DNA of 64,000 nt from a virus (IMGVR_UViG_3300021963_000121:1667-65666); one strand, 5' to 3'. Shown: positions 47,950 through 58,031, counted from the first letter of the stretch. Numbers and translations: made by a program. Notes: generated by a model from the sequence alone, not told the origin.

Positions 47950-49662
47950 TTGAGCTGGAAAAAATACTTTACACCTGTACCAACTGGAAAACAAGCCGGA
48001 GGATTTAGTCCACTGGGCAATGGTTCTCGTCCGGGTCCAGCAAAATCAAATTACAGCAGTTTCTTACCAGATGTCTACGCAGGTACTCCTAATCGTGTTG
48101 AACGCTACATGCAGTATGATACAATGGATATGGATTCAGAAGTCAATGCTGCTTTGGATATTCTTGCTGAGTTTTGTACTCAGCCTAACAGAGAAAACAA
48201 CACAGCGTTTCAAATTAATTTCAAAGGACAGCCCACGGCCACTGAAGTCAAACTGCTAAAAGACGGACTACAAAAGTGGCACAAGTTCCAACAATTTGAA
48301 ACTAGAATGTTTCGCATTGTGCGTAACTGTTTCAAATACGGAGACTGTTTCTTTATCCGTGATCCAGAAACACAAAAATTATTTTACATTGACACTGCTA
48401 AATTAGTTAAAATTATTGTCAACGAAAGTGAAGGAAAAAATCCCGAACAGTATGTTGTTCGTGATTTAAACATAAACTTTCAAGATCTAGTAGCAACCAC
48501 AATGCATCCTAACACGCATAATACGCCTGCTGGCACAGCATCATATGTCAGCGGTGGTGCGTATGGTCGAGGCATGGTAGGTGCTGCTCCTCAACAGACT
48601 GGTAGTAGATTTTCAAATCAGTTAAACGAGATTGCTGTTAACTCAGAACACATGTTACATCTAAGTCTTTCAGAAGGACTGGACAACAACTATCCGTTTG
48701 GCAATTCGTTGCTAGAATCAGTATTCAAGGTGTACAAGCAAAAAGAACTGCTAGAAGATGCTATTATTATCTATCGTGTACAACGTGCTCCTGAGCGCAG
48801 AGTGTTCTACGTTGACGTGGGAAATATGCCAGCACACATGGCTATGAGCTTTGTTGAGCGTGTGAAAAACGAAATCAATCAGCGCAGAATTCCTTCATCC
48901 ACAGGAGGTGGACAGAACGTCATAGACGCATCGTACAATCCTCTTAGCATATCAGAAGACTACTTTTTCCCACAGACAGCAGAAGGTCGTGGATCAAAAG
49001 TTGATACACTACCAGGTGGTACTAACCTAGGTGAAATTGACGACTTACGCTATTTTACCAACAAATTATTCCGAGCTTTGCGCATACCTAGCAGCTACTT
49101 GCCGACCATGCCTGACGACAGTCAAGCAGCATTTACAGATGGTAAAGTAGGCACTGCTTACATACAAGAACTGCGTTTCAATGAATATTGTAAACGTTTA
49201 CAGTCTAATCTAATTGCTGAATTCGATTTAGAATTCAAACGTTGGTTGATTAAATCTGGTGTTAATATTGACAACAGCCTGTTTGAACTTAAATTTAATC
49301 CGCCACAAAACTTTGCAGCTTATCGTCAATCAGAACTAGACAACAGTCGAGTACAGACATTTGCTGCGCTTCAAGAAGTTCCTTACATGAGCAAACGCTT
49401 TGCTCTAAAACGATTCTTAGGTCTAAGTCAAGAAGAGATCACAGAGAACGAGCGTCTTTGGAAAGAAGAAAATGGCACAGTGCTTGGAGCTGCTATCAAT
49501 GCTGCTTCTGAAATGCGGTCAGTGGGTGTAAGTCCAGCTGAGATATCAGCAGAAACTGATGCCCAAGATGCTGAAGCTCCAGAAGATCTAGCAGCACAAG
49601 CAGCACCTGCTCCAGAAGAAGGCGCTCTTGGAACTGCGCCCGAACCAACACCAGCAGCTTAA
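47950..49662 (+). CDS. gp20: Portal protein
   Basis: LLEDAIIIYRVQRAPERRVFYVDVGNMP, EDYFFPQTAEGRGSKVDTLPGG.NLGEIDD..YF..KL..ALRIP; TTG start after GGAG. Confidence 0.95.
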   Translation: MSWKKYFTPVPTGKQAGGFSPLGNGSRPGPAKSNYSSFLPDVYAGTPNRVERYMQYDTMDMDSEVNAALDILAEFCTQPNRENNTAFQINFKGQPTATEVKLLKDGLQKWHKFQQFETRMFRIVRNCFKYGDCFFIRDPETQKLFYIDTAKLVKIIVNESEGKNPEQYVVRDLNINFQDLVATTMHPNTHNTPAGTASYVSGGAYGRGMVGAAPQQTGSRFSNQLNEIAVNSEHMLHLSLSEGLDNNYPFGNSLLESVFKVYKQKELLEDAIIIYRVQRAPERRVFYVDVGNMPAHMAMSFVERVKNEINQRRIPSSTGGGQNVIDASYNPLSISEDYFFPQTAEGRGSKVDTLPGGTNLGEIDDLRYFTNKLFRALRIPSSYLPTMPDDSQAAFTDGKVGTAYIQELRFNEYCKRLQSNLIAEFDLEFKRWLIKSGVNIDNSLFELKFNPPQNFAAYRQSELDNSRVQTFAALQEVPYMSKRFALKRFLGLSQEEITENERLWKEENGTVLGAAINAASEMRSVGVSPAEISAETDAQDAEAPEDLAAQAAPAPEEGALGTAPEPTPAA

Positions 49663-49664
49663 AA

Positions 49665-49672
49665 TATAAATA
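49665..49672 (+). promoter_or_regulatory. T4-type late promoter (TATAAATA)
   Basis: Perfect octamer 4 nt before ATG 49677. Confidence 0.7.
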
Positions 49673-49676
49673 CAAG

Positions 49677-49925
49677 ATGAAACTTTTAGAATTTTTCTAT
49701 TTTAGCGATCAACAAAACGAATACACCGACGATAAACGTTACGACGGTCGTAAAGATACATCTGTAGTAAAAGAAAAAGACAAAAGAAAAGTACGTCTAA
49801 CACTGCGTCAAATCAATCAACTTCGAAAACAAACCGAAGCACACCAATTCGAGCAAGCTGCTGAGCGAGAATTTATACAGTTAATGTATGGACAACCACC
49901 AGCTGAAGAACAACCTGCCGCCTAA
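49677..49925 (+). CDS. Small head-module hypothetical protein
   Basis: 82-aa ORF after the portal gene under its own late promoter; MKLLEFF start, RLTLRQINQLRK helix. Confidence 0.65.
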   Translation: MKLLEFFYFSDQQNEYTDDKRYDGRKDTSVVKEKDKRKVRLTLRQINQLRKQTEAHQFEQAAEREFIQLMYGQPPAEEQPAA

Positions 49926-50517
49926 AAAAATAGCTTTTGTATTAGGAAATGGAGTTACACGTCAACGTGTAAACCTGCCTGAACTAAAAAAGTTTGGAAA
50001 AATCTACGGCTGTAATGCGCTGTACAGAGAATTTGAACCAGATTATCTCGTGGCTGTAGACGAAAAAATGGTCAAAGAAATAGAAAAAACACAGTGGCAG
50101 ATGCGGCATGAGGTATGGACCAATCCTAATAAAGGTGTGTTAAAACTACAGGGATTTAGGTTTTTTAATCCCCATAAAGGATGGAGTTCAGGTCCAACAG
50201 CATTGTGGTTAGCCAGCAGTCATGGCTATGATGATATCTATATTATTGGTTTTGATTATCAGGGGTTGAATGGCAAATTCAACAACGTCTACGCAGATAC
50301 ACCTAACTACAAACGCAGTTTAGAACCTGCTACATACTTTGGCAACTGGGTAAATCAAACAGAAAAAGTAATTAGAGAATTCCAAAATATAAAATATCAT
50401 AGAATTATAGAGAAAGACACGTTTATTCCTGATAACATCAGAAGTATAACTAAAAACCTAACACATCAGACATTTGAGGAAATTAGCGAAGATTTCCCCG
50501 ATGCGGTATTTAAATGA
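49888..50517 (+). CDS. Maf/DUF115 (MptE-like, sialyltransferase-like fold) protein
   Basis: AFVLGNG..R, IYGCNALY...PDYLVAVD, SSGPTALWLA...GYDDIYIIGFD. The start position is uncertain. Confidence 0.65.
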   Translation: MDNHQLKNNLPPKKIAFVLGNGVTRQRVNLPELKKFGKIYGCNALYREFEPDYLVAVDEKMVKEIEKTQWQMRHEVWTNPNKGVLKLQGFRFFNPHKGWSSGPTALWLASSHGYDDIYIIGFDYQGLNGKFNNVYADTPNYKRSLEPATYFGNWVNQTEKVIREFQNIKYHRIIEKDTFIPDNIRSITKNLTHQTFEEISEDFPDAVFK

Positions 50518-50568
50518 TCAAAAATCTTCAAAAAACTATCATTTAATGCCTAAAAATAATATTAGTAG

Positions 50569-50574
50569 TAAATA
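50569..50574 (+). promoter_or_regulatory. Late promoter core (TAAATA) for the head operon
   Basis: Motif upstream of AGGAGG and ATG 50614. Confidence 0.5.
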
Positions 50575-50613
50575 TATTCGACAGCCTGTATAACCAATTT
50601 AGGAGGATCAATC

Positions 50614-51504
50614 ATGGCAGACCAGAACAAAATCGCAGAGATGTTAGAATCTTTGCTGAACAACGAACAATCCAAAGCTGAAGAGCTTTTCCACGAGTAC
50701 GTGGTAGAAAAATCACGCGAAATTTATGAAAACTTAATCGATTCAGAAATCGAAGAAGCATCAGCAGACGAAGAAGTAGAAGAAGCTGCTGACGAAGAAG
50801 TTGACGAGTCATCAGACGACGAAGACCTTGAAGAAAACTTTGAAGAAGTTGAAGAAGGCGAAGACGAAGAAGACACCGAAGATCCTACAGGCAAGTTTAT
50901 CAGCGATGTAGAAGACGGTGAGGAAGAAGAAGGTGACGAAGAGGAAGAAGGCGAAGAAGAAGGTGATGACAGCGATCCTGCTACTAAAGGCGATGTACAA
51001 GACCTAAGCCAAGAAATCCAACAATTACAAGCAGCATTTGACTCATTTATGTCAGATGAAAAGAATGAGCCAGAGCACGGCGACATAGACGGCGGTATGG
51101 ACATAGACGGCGGTATGGGCATGCCAAAAGGCATGGGCGACAGCATTGACGCTGGCGTAGACCAAATTCAAGACCTAGCCACAGTACGTGAATACACAGA
51201 AAAAATTGGCGGCGCAACCTATGACAAATTTGCCAAAGGCGGTGACAACGGTGCTAACACCAAGTCAATCGTAGCAGGCAAAAACGACATGGGCGGTACA
51301 ACTTCTAACATCGCTAAAGGTGGCGAAGGTGGCGGTTCAGACAACGGCCTATTAAGCAAGAACACAAAAGATCTTGGCGTAAACGATCCTAAAGCAGCAG
51401 CTAAAGGTGCTTTCAAAAGCAAAGTAGCTGCCGGTCATGGCGCTGAGAAAAAAGGCGCAGGTGAAACTGGCACTAACACAGCTAGTTTATTCCGCGGCAA
51501 GTAA
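50614..51504 (+). CDS. Highly acidic prohead core protein (gp67/gp68-like position)
   Basis: Very long Glu/Asp tract; located between portal and protease; many L/I/V-x-E sites. Confidence 0.7.
   Translation: MADQNKIAEMLESLLNNEQSKAEELFHEYVVEKSREIYENLIDSEIEEASADEEVEEAADEEVDESSDDEDLEENFEEVEEGEDEEDTEDPTGKFISDVEDGEEEEGDEEEEGEEEGDDSDPATKGDVQDLSQEIQQLQAAFDSFMSDEKNEPEHGDIDGGMDIDGGMGMPKGMGDSIDAGVDQIQDLATVREYTEKIGGATYDKFAKGGDNGANTKSIVAGKNDMGGTTSNIAKGGEGGGSDNGLLSKNTKDLGVNDPKAAAKGAFKSKVAAGHGAEKKGAGETGTNTASLFRGK
51082..51117. repeat. 2 x 18-bp tandem repeat (GACATAGACGGCGGTATG; DIDGGM)
   Basis: Exact duplication visible in the sequence. Confidence 0.85.
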
Positions 51505-51517
51505 TCGGAGCCCTTAG

Positions 51518-52150
51518 GTGAAAAATTATCTCAGTGAACATTTGAGTTTTGACCAAGCTGGTTTGATCCTTGAAAGCACAGAAGACGGGGACAAGAAGAC
51601 TCTACATCTTAATGGCATTTGTATACAGGGTGACATTAAGAATGCTAATCAGAGAATTTACCCGTCCTCCGAAATTGCTAGGGCTGTCAAAACCATCAAT
51701 GAACAGATCGGTGGAGGCTACTCATGTCTGGGAGAAGTTGATCATCCTGCGGATCTACGCATAAATTTGGATCGAGTCAGCCACATGATGACTAAGATGT
51801 GGATGGACGGTCCAAATGGATACGGAAAATTAAAAATACTTCCAACTCCTATGGGACAATTAGTTCAAACCATGCTGGAGTCAGGAGTAAAACTAGGCGT
51901 ATCAAGCAGGGGCTCCGGTAACGTTGCCGAAGACGGAAGCGGTAAAGTTTCCGACTTCGAAATTATCACAGTTGATATTGTAGCACAACCAAGCGCACCA
52001 GGGGCATACCCAACACCAGTTTATGAACATCTAATGAATACGTTAGGTGGTAACAAGGCATTTAATATAGCAAGGGAAGTTCAAGGCGACAAAAAGGCAC
52101 AGAAATACATAGCAGAGAGCCTGGTGAAAATCATCAGGGGACTCAAATAA
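51518..52150 (+). CDS. gp21: Prohead protease
   Basis: NANQRIYP, LGEVDHP, VSH, LPTPMG, LGVSSRGSG, DIVAQPSAPGAY. Confidence 0.95.
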   Translation: MKNYLSEHLSFDQAGLILESTEDGDKKTLHLNGICIQGDIKNANQRIYPSSEIARAVKTINEQIGGGYSCLGEVDHPADLRINLDRVSHMMTKMWMDGPNGYGKLKILPTPMGQLVQTMLESGVKLGVSSRGSGNVAEDGSGKVSDFEIITVDIVAQPSAPGAYPTPVYEHLMNTLGGNKAFNIAREVQGDKKAQKYIAESLVKIIRGLK

Positions 52151-52165
52151 CAGTAGGAGAATCAC

Positions 52166-53257
52166 ATGCTAGATATCGTAAAACAACTATTTGAGAACAA
52201 TGTGATTTCCGAAGAACTCAAATCGGAAATTGAATCCGCTTGGTCAAGCAGAATTCAAGAAAACCGTGATCAAGTAACAGCGGAACTACGTGAAGAGTTT
52301 GCTCAGAAGTATGAGCACGATAAAGGTGTAATGGTTGAAGCTCTCGACAAAATGGTTTCTGATCGTCTAACAGCAGAACTTGCTGAGTTGGCAGAAGATC
52401 GTAATCAACTAGTTGAAGCTAAAGCCAAATATGCTAAAAAGATGAAAGACGATGCTAAGAAAATGGAAGAGTTTGTACTCCATAATCTAGCTTCAGAACT
52501 TTCAGAACTACACGAAGACCGCAAGAAAGTGTCTGAAAATTTCGCAAAACTAGAGAGCTTCATTGTAGGCGCCCTAGCTAAAGAAATCGCAGAATTCCAC
52601 ACTGACAAGAAAGACCTAGTAGATACAAAAGTTAAACTTGTACGTGAAAGCAAAGCGAAATTTGACACAGTCAGAGCACAATTCATTGCTAAAGCTTCTA
52701 AGCTAGTCGAAAACGTTGTTGTTAACAAACTAACAACTGAAATGACTCAGCTACGTGAAGACATTGAACTAGCTCGTAAAAATGACTTTGGTCGCAGAAT
52801 CTTTGAAAGCTTCGCAAGCGAATATGCTTCAAGCCTACTCAACGAGAAGTCTGAAACTTCTAAACTATTAAAAGTAGTTAAAGAAAAAGAAGCTGCTCTA
52901 GAGGAAGCACAAAAAGCAATCGATGAAACAACTCGCATTGTTGAAAGCAAGGATCGTGAAATCCGCATTGCAAAAGATGTGGCTACACGTAAAGAAATTA
53001 TGAGCGAATTGTTGAACCCACTAACTGGAGATAAGAAAACAGTTATGAGTGATTTGTTGGAATCCGTTTCAACAGACAAACTACGTGGTTCATTTGACAA
53101 GTATTTGCCTGCCGTTTTGGCCGGCGAGGCTCCTAAAAAGAAGGCACTAACAGAAGGCACAGTAATAACAGGCAACAAGCAGGCCCAACAAACCAGCGGT
53201 GAGGAAAAGACCGCTGAGATTTTTACAATCCGCAAGCTCGCGGGACTTAAAGTTTAA
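52166..53257 (+). CDS. gp22: Prohead scaffolding protein
   Basis: Long charged coiled coil located between protease and major capsid genes. Confidence 0.8.
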   Translation: MLDIVKQLFENNVISEELKSEIESAWSSRIQENRDQVTAELREEFAQKYEHDKGVMVEALDKMVSDRLTAELAELAEDRNQLVEAKAKYAKKMKDDAKKMEEFVLHNLASELSELHEDRKKVSENFAKLESFIVGALAKEIAEFHTDKKDLVDTKVKLVRESKAKFDTVRAQFIAKASKLVENVVVNKLTTEMTQLREDIELARKNDFGRRIFESFASEYASSLLNEKSETSKLLKVVKEKEAALEEAQKAIDETTRIVESKDREIRIAKDVATRKEIMSELLNPLTGDKKTVMSDLLESVSTDKLRGSFDKYLPAVLAGEAPKKKALTEGTVITGNKQAQQTSGEEKTAEIFTIRKLAGLKV

Positions 53258-53268
53258 GGAGAACTAAT

Positions 53269-54447
53269 ATGTCAGAACTACTCGAGTCACGCTGGCAGGA
53301 AACCAAAGAGGCACTTTTAGAAGGCCTAAATGGAACTCGTCGTACAGTGATGGCCACAACTCTTGAAAATACCCGCAAGTATTTGTCGGAGAGTGCCACT
53401 GCTGGTGCTACTTCTGCCGGTAACGTCGCAACACTAAATCGTGTGATCCTTCCAGTGATCAGACGTGTAATGCCTACGGTCATTGCTAACGAATTGGTTG
53501 GTGTACAACCAATGACTGGTCCAGTTGGTCAAATCCATACCCTACGTGTTCGCTATGCGGACAGCGCAGGTGGTGTAACAGCTGGTGAAGAGGCATTCAG
53601 CCCATTCAAGATCGCTTCATCTTACTCAGGTAACGCATCAGGTACTTCAACTGTTGCGGCAACTGCAGCAGCAACCGCAGCATTAGAAGGCGTTGCTGGT
53701 AAGAAGATGTCAATTCAAATCTTGAAACAAACTGTCGAAGCGAAGACACGTAAATTGTCAGCTCGCTGGACATTTGAAGCTGCTCAAGATGCTCAAGCCC
53801 AACAAGGTATTGACATCGAAGCAGAAATCATGGCTGCTTTGGCTCAAGAAATCACAGCTGAAATCGACCAAGAAGTTCTAGGTTCATTACGTAACCTAGC
53901 AGGTACAGGTTCAGAGACTTATGACCAAACTGCTGTATCAGGTACTGCTACATTCGTTGGTGACGAACACGCTGCTTTAGCTGTTCTAATCAATCGTCAA
54001 GCTAACTTGATCGCACAACGTACACGTCGTGGCGCTGGTAACTACGCTGTAGTTTCACCATTTGCTTTGACAATCCTACAAAGTGCTACAACTTCTGCGT
54101 TCGCAAGAACAACAGAAGGTACATTCGAAGCTCCTACAAACACTAAGTTTGTTGGAACATTGAACAGCGCAATGAAGGTGTATGTTGACGCATACGCAAC
54201 AAATGATGCTCCAGTACTAGTTGGATACAAAGGTTCTAGCGAATCTGATGCTCCAGCATTCTACTGCCCATACATCCCATTGATGTCAAGCGGTGTTGTA
54301 CTAGATCCAGCAACATTTGAACCAGTAGTTTCTTTCATGACCAGATATGGTTATGTAGAGTTAACAAACACAGCATCATCTCTTGGTAATGCTGCTGACT
54401 ACTTGGCTCGCGTTGAGATCACTGATACTAGCGTATCATTCAAGTAA
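53269..54447 (+). CDS. gp23: Major capsid protein
   Basis: ILPVIRRVMP..IANELVGVQPMTGPVGQI, VEAKTRKLSARWTFEAAQD, EITAEIDQE, FYCPYIPL, MTRYG; strong AAGGAG RBS. Confidence 0.96.
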   Translation: MSELLESRWQETKEALLEGLNGTRRTVMATTLENTRKYLSESATAGATSAGNVATLNRVILPVIRRVMPTVIANELVGVQPMTGPVGQIHTLRVRYADSAGGVTAGEEAFSPFKIASSYSGNASGTSTVAATAAATAALEGVAGKKMSIQILKQTVEAKTRKLSARWTFEAAQDAQAQQGIDIEAEIMAALAQEITAEIDQEVLGSLRNLAGTGSETYDQTAVSGTATFVGDEHAALAVLINRQANLIAQRTRRGAGNYAVVSPFALTILQSATTSAFARTTEGTFEAPTNTKFVGTLNSAMKVYVDAYATNDAPVLVGYKGSSESDAPAFYCPYIPLMSSGVVLDPATFEPVVSFMTRYGYVELTNTASSLGNAADYLARVEITDTSVSFK

Positions 54448-54466
54448 TCAAAACATTTTAAATGTT

Positions 54467-54495
54467 CAAAAAGGCTCTTTGGAGCCTTTTTGTTT
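54467..54495 (+). terminator. Rho-independent terminator after the major capsid gene
   Basis: CAAAAAGGCTC-TTTG-GAGCCTTTTTG followed by TTT. Confidence 0.85.
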
Positions 54496-54510
54496 GACTT
54501 AAATATCGCT

Positions 54511-54780
54511 ATGGAAGTAGAAAGCGATAAAGATTTTCCAGAATTACGTAAACACTTTAACATATGGCGTAAACGATGGCCAATGTTTAAACACGATGTT
54601 AACAGGATAGAAGCAGTAATAGAAGAACATATTCAAAACTACAGCATAGCATTAGTATACTATAGACAGACTAAACAGCGCAATTATATAGAACGTGCTC
54701 AAAAAGAAATAGACAACATTAATTCTTTGATAAAAACTATAGAAAAAATTGAGCTGATGGCATTGCTAAGTCGCGGATAA
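54511..54780 (+). CDS. Hypothetical helical protein
   Basis: The ORF-track start (54490) lies inside the terminator; ATG 54511 follows TAAATA (54500-54505) and is more plausible. Confidence 0.6.
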   Translation: MEVESDKDFPELRKHFNIWRKRWPMFKHDVNRIEAVIEEHIQNYSIALVYYRQTKQRNYIERAQKEIDNINSLIKTIEKIELMALLSRG

Positions 54781-54850
54781 ATAAAGTATCTAAGTGATTT
54801 ATGCGGTACCCACCGCGTAGGACCTAGAACGTCATTAAAGGAGAAACCAA
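54777..54850 (+). promoter_or_regulatory. Late promoter plus structured 5' leader
   Basis: ATAAATA (54777-54783); hairpin TATGCGGT-ACCC-ACCGCGTA; flanking TGAT/GTCA arms adjacent to AAGGAG. Confidence 0.55.
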
Positions 54851-55222
54851 ATGGGACGTCCAATTAAAAAATTAAACTTCGGTACCGCAGCAACAACTGA
54901 AAAAGGTATTTTAGTTTCCGCACAAAAAACTTCAACAGCACGTACAAGCTATATTGTTAAGCAAGTAGGTTCAAACAAATACGATGTGTATAATGCCACA
55001 GACGGCACTTTCCGTGTAAAACTAGACGAAGGCACAACATTTGCCGCCGACACTGCTCTTACAGCAGTTATGGTTGGCTTTACAGATCCTGGAACAGATA
55101 GTTCACGTGTTGCTATTAAAAAACTAACACAATATAGAGCAGTTGATTTTGCTGGAAACAAATATAAATGGACATTGGTCAACGATTCGTCAACAGACTA
55201 TATCCAATTAACAGCTATCTAA
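54851..55222 (+). CDS. Small virion protein (possible head decoration)
   Basis: 123-aa beta-rich ORF with a strong RBS and late promoter, just after the capsid gene. Confidence 0.6.
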   Translation: MGRPIKKLNFGTAATTEKGILVSAQKTSTARTSYIVKQVGSNKYDVYNATDGTFRVKLDEGTTFAADTALTAVMVGFTDPGTDSSRVAIKKLTQYRAVDFAGNKYKWTLVNDSSTDYIQLTAI

Positions 55223-55235
55223 TTTGGAATAAAGT

Positions 55236-56804
55236 ATGAGTCAAGTCTTACAGACCAGTGGTGACTATAAGATTAAATCCGCTCGCGGCGGAAGCATAGT
55301 CTTAGATACAGGACCTAATATAGGTGAAGTACGGGTCACTGGCGACCTTGTAGTCGAAGGTGAAACAGTTTACATACAGGCTACAAATCTTGAAGTTGAA
55401 GACAATATTATACTTTTAAACAAAGGCGAAACCGGTAACGGAGTAACTGAAGGTTACTCCGGTATCGAAATAGATCGAGGATTTTTTAGTCCCGGTTTAG
55501 AAAATCCTTTTCCAAGTTTTAGATTTGACGAATTAGCAAACGGTTGGGAAATTGTTGAACGTATCGGTACTGTTATTTCTTACAACAACAGTACTCTTAA
55601 AGTTAGACAAATTACCACAGACAGCACCACAGACGGTGGGGACCTTACATTAATTGGCACAGGAACTGGTGTTGTAAAAGTTCTTGGCACAACTAATTAT
55701 GAATTACAGGTTAACGCTGACGACGATATTCCAAATAAACTGTATGTAGATCTTGCTATTAGAAATAGAGATCCAGACAACCTAATACAACGTGGCGATA
55801 CATTTGTCATAGTACAAGACACATCAGGTGGCGCAACCGGTCGTGCGGTAATGACAGCATCTATAGTAACCATCAATCAACCGGGAAGTAATTATACTGT
55901 AGGCGAATTATTAGTTATTAACGGCGGAACTGCTGGTGTTGATGCGGTAATTGAAGTTACAGCAATATTGCCAGGTGGCGGCATTGACGACTTTACAGTA
56001 GTTAGCGGCGGCCAATATATTGAACTACCAATATCAAACACTAACATACCAACGTCAGCAAATTCGTTAGGCATTGGTGCTACTTTTGATATTGTATGGG
56101 CAGTCTACGCAGTTGAAATTATTAATCCAGGCGACGATTACGAATCTGCTACAATTAGTTTTAGTTCGGGCGATGCTGCGGCTTCGGCCACAGTTGACCT
56201 AAATACTTCCAGTATTACCTACAGACAAATAACAGCAACATCAGTAACCAATGATGGTGTAAGCCTTGGCGGCCCTGGATATTTGACAATACCAGCAGTT
56301 ACTTTTATTGCTGGCTCTAGTCTAGCACTAACAGAAAGTCGTGTTAACGTGGTTGTTGACGGACAAACAACAGCAACATTTTACAGCAATCGAGTCGACA
56401 TTGGTGGATTAGAAATATCAGAAAATGCCATAACTAACAATGACACAAATGGCAATATTGTACTAAGAACATTTGGCACAGCTGGTGTTGAATTTAATAG
56501 ATCAGCATTTTTTAACAGTACAGGTACACTTGATCCAGTGTTTGCTATTCCTGGTGGTACATTAATTTTTAGCAATGATCTAACGATAGATTATAAAAAT
56601 CCAGCTGGAGAATTAACGGAAAACGTTGAGGTATTAACACCAGGCGGCACTGGTCTTTATTATAATAACGAATCTCAAACTATTGCTTGGCAGCAATGGG
56701 TAACTAATAATACACAATTTAACTCTGGAGATCTTGTTTCATATCCAGTTAAAAACGAATTAATAAGTAAACATAAAGCACTGGCCTACAGTATTTTATT
56801 TTAA
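55236..56804 (+). CDS. Virion structural/fibre protein
   Basis: GDLVVEG...VEDNIILLNKGETG.G....SGIEIDRG module and PGSNY/PGDDY beta repeats. Confidence 0.7.
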   Translation: MSQVLQTSGDYKIKSARGGSIVLDTGPNIGEVRVTGDLVVEGETVYIQATNLEVEDNIILLNKGETGNGVTEGYSGIEIDRGFFSPGLENPFPSFRFDELANGWEIVERIGTVISYNNSTLKVRQITTDSTTDGGDLTLIGTGTGVVKVLGTTNYELQVNADDDIPNKLYVDLAIRNRDPDNLIQRGDTFVIVQDTSGGATGRAVMTASIVTINQPGSNYTVGELLVINGGTAGVDAVIEVTAILPGGGIDDFTVVSGGQYIELPISNTNIPTSANSLGIGATFDIVWAVYAVEIINPGDDYESATISFSSGDAAASATVDLNTSSITYRQITATSVTNDGVSLGGPGYLTIPAVTFIAGSSLALTESRVNVVVDGQTTATFYSNRVDIGGLEISENAITNNDTNGNIVLRTFGTAGVEFNRSAFFNSTGTLDPVFAIPGGTLIFSNDLTIDYKNPAGELTENVEVLTPGGTGLYYNNESQTIAWQQWVTNNTQFNSGDLVSYPVKNELISKHKALAYSILF

Positions 56805-56813
56805 GGAACAGAT

Positions 56814-57176
56814 ATGATAGAGAATTATACATTAACAACAACTATAGACACAATATTCACTGCTCCTGGGAATGCCGGCGACCTAAATGTTCAAAGCGCA
56901 ATCACTACAATGATATTTTGTAATGTTTTAAGCCCAGACTCGACACCACCAATTGATGAATCAGCAAACGCTGTAGGCATTGAAGTTTTTCTTGTAAAAG
57001 CAGGTGACACTGCTAGTACAACAACTAATGCTATTATCAAAGATTTAATAATTCCCGGCGGTGAAACAGTATTTTTTGACACAGAAAGAATTGTTCTAGG
57101 ACCTGGTGATAGCGTTCAAGCTAGAGCAACACTTAACACTTCTGTTGTGTGCACAGTGAGCGTATTGCCAGTATGA
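56814..57176 (+). CDS. Small beta-sandwich virion protein
   Basis: AITTMIFCN...IPGGETVFFDTERIVLGPGDSVQA; lies in the late operon. Confidence 0.6.
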   Translation: MIENYTLTTTIDTIFTAPGNAGDLNVQSAITTMIFCNVLSPDSTPPIDESANAVGIEVFLVKAGDTASTTTNAIIKDLIIPGGETVFFDTERIVLGPGDSVQARATLNTSVVCTVSVLPV

Positions 57177-58009
57177 AATTTCTTAAAACACAAAATCTTA
57201 GCAAATTTAGTATTAACGATAAAACACTTATTGTTAGATATCCTAGCGGCCGAGCAAGTTTTAATTCAGAAGACAGCCTAAGATTGCCCAAAGGCGCAAT
57301 AAACAAACGCCCAGTAATTGAAGAAGAAGCACAGATAAGATTTACAACAAATCCTACTAGCGAGCATGAAATTGCTGATACTGCGGATTATTTTCCTTCA
57401 AGAGCAGTTGGCTTAGAAGTTTATTTTGAAGGCCAATGGTTTCCTTTAAGACTACAAGGTCCAGCTAAAGTTATTAAATCGGATCTTGGTGTTGGTAATT
57501 GGGATGCTATTACACAAACCAATCAAGATATTAGTAAATGGTTTCCGATCAGTGGTGAACCGTTAACTTACGTACCTGGCCTGGCACAAGGTTTTGATCC
57601 TTTAGATTATGTAGATAATATGATGGTGCTGGTAGAAAATGTCATACAGATTTCTGGAACTAACTTTGACTTAGAAGAATCTGATGGTATTGTAGTCGGT
57701 GTGCAGGTTAATTCGGGTGGCACCGGACTAACACCATCAACACCCGTTGCGGTAACATTTACTACCCCTACGGGCGGTGTAGCAGCCACTGGCACAGCTA
57801 CAGTAGACGGTGGCGGCATAGTAACATACATTTCTGTAAATACTCCTGGCTCAGGTTATGACGGTTTAGAATCGTATACCGTAACAGTTCCTGGAGCAAC
57901 TGGAGGTTCTTATACTGTTAAAATTGCCAAACCTGGCTGGCATATTAAATTCCTCTCAGCAGTACCAAACACAAAACCAGTAACCGTTTATACGGGTTAC
58001 GATCAATAA
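57173..58009 (+). CDS. Virion structural protein
   Basis: Likely ATG 57173 (ATGA overlap); LRLPKG...RP, VLVENVIQ, TPGSGY, IKFLSAVP motifs. Confidence 0.6.
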   Translation: MKFLKTQNLSKFSINDKTLIVRYPSGRASFNSEDSLRLPKGAINKRPVIEEEAQIRFTTNPTSEHEIADTADYFPSRAVGLEVYFEGQWFPLRLQGPAKVIKSDLGVGNWDAITQTNQDISKWFPISGEPLTYVPGLAQGFDPLDYVDNMMVLVENVIQISGTNFDLEESDGIVVGVQVNSGGTGLTPSTPVAVTFTTPTGGVAATGTATVDGGGIVTYISVNTPGSGYDGLESYTVTVPGATGGSYTVKIAKPGWHIKFLSAVPNTKPVTVYTGYDQ

Positions 58010-58024
58010 GCATTAGCCCTTACA

Positions 58025-58031
58025 ATAAATA
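58025..58031 (+). promoter_or_regulatory. T4-type late promoter (ATAAATA)
   Basis: Motif upstream of AAGGAG and TTG 58050. Confidence 0.65.
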
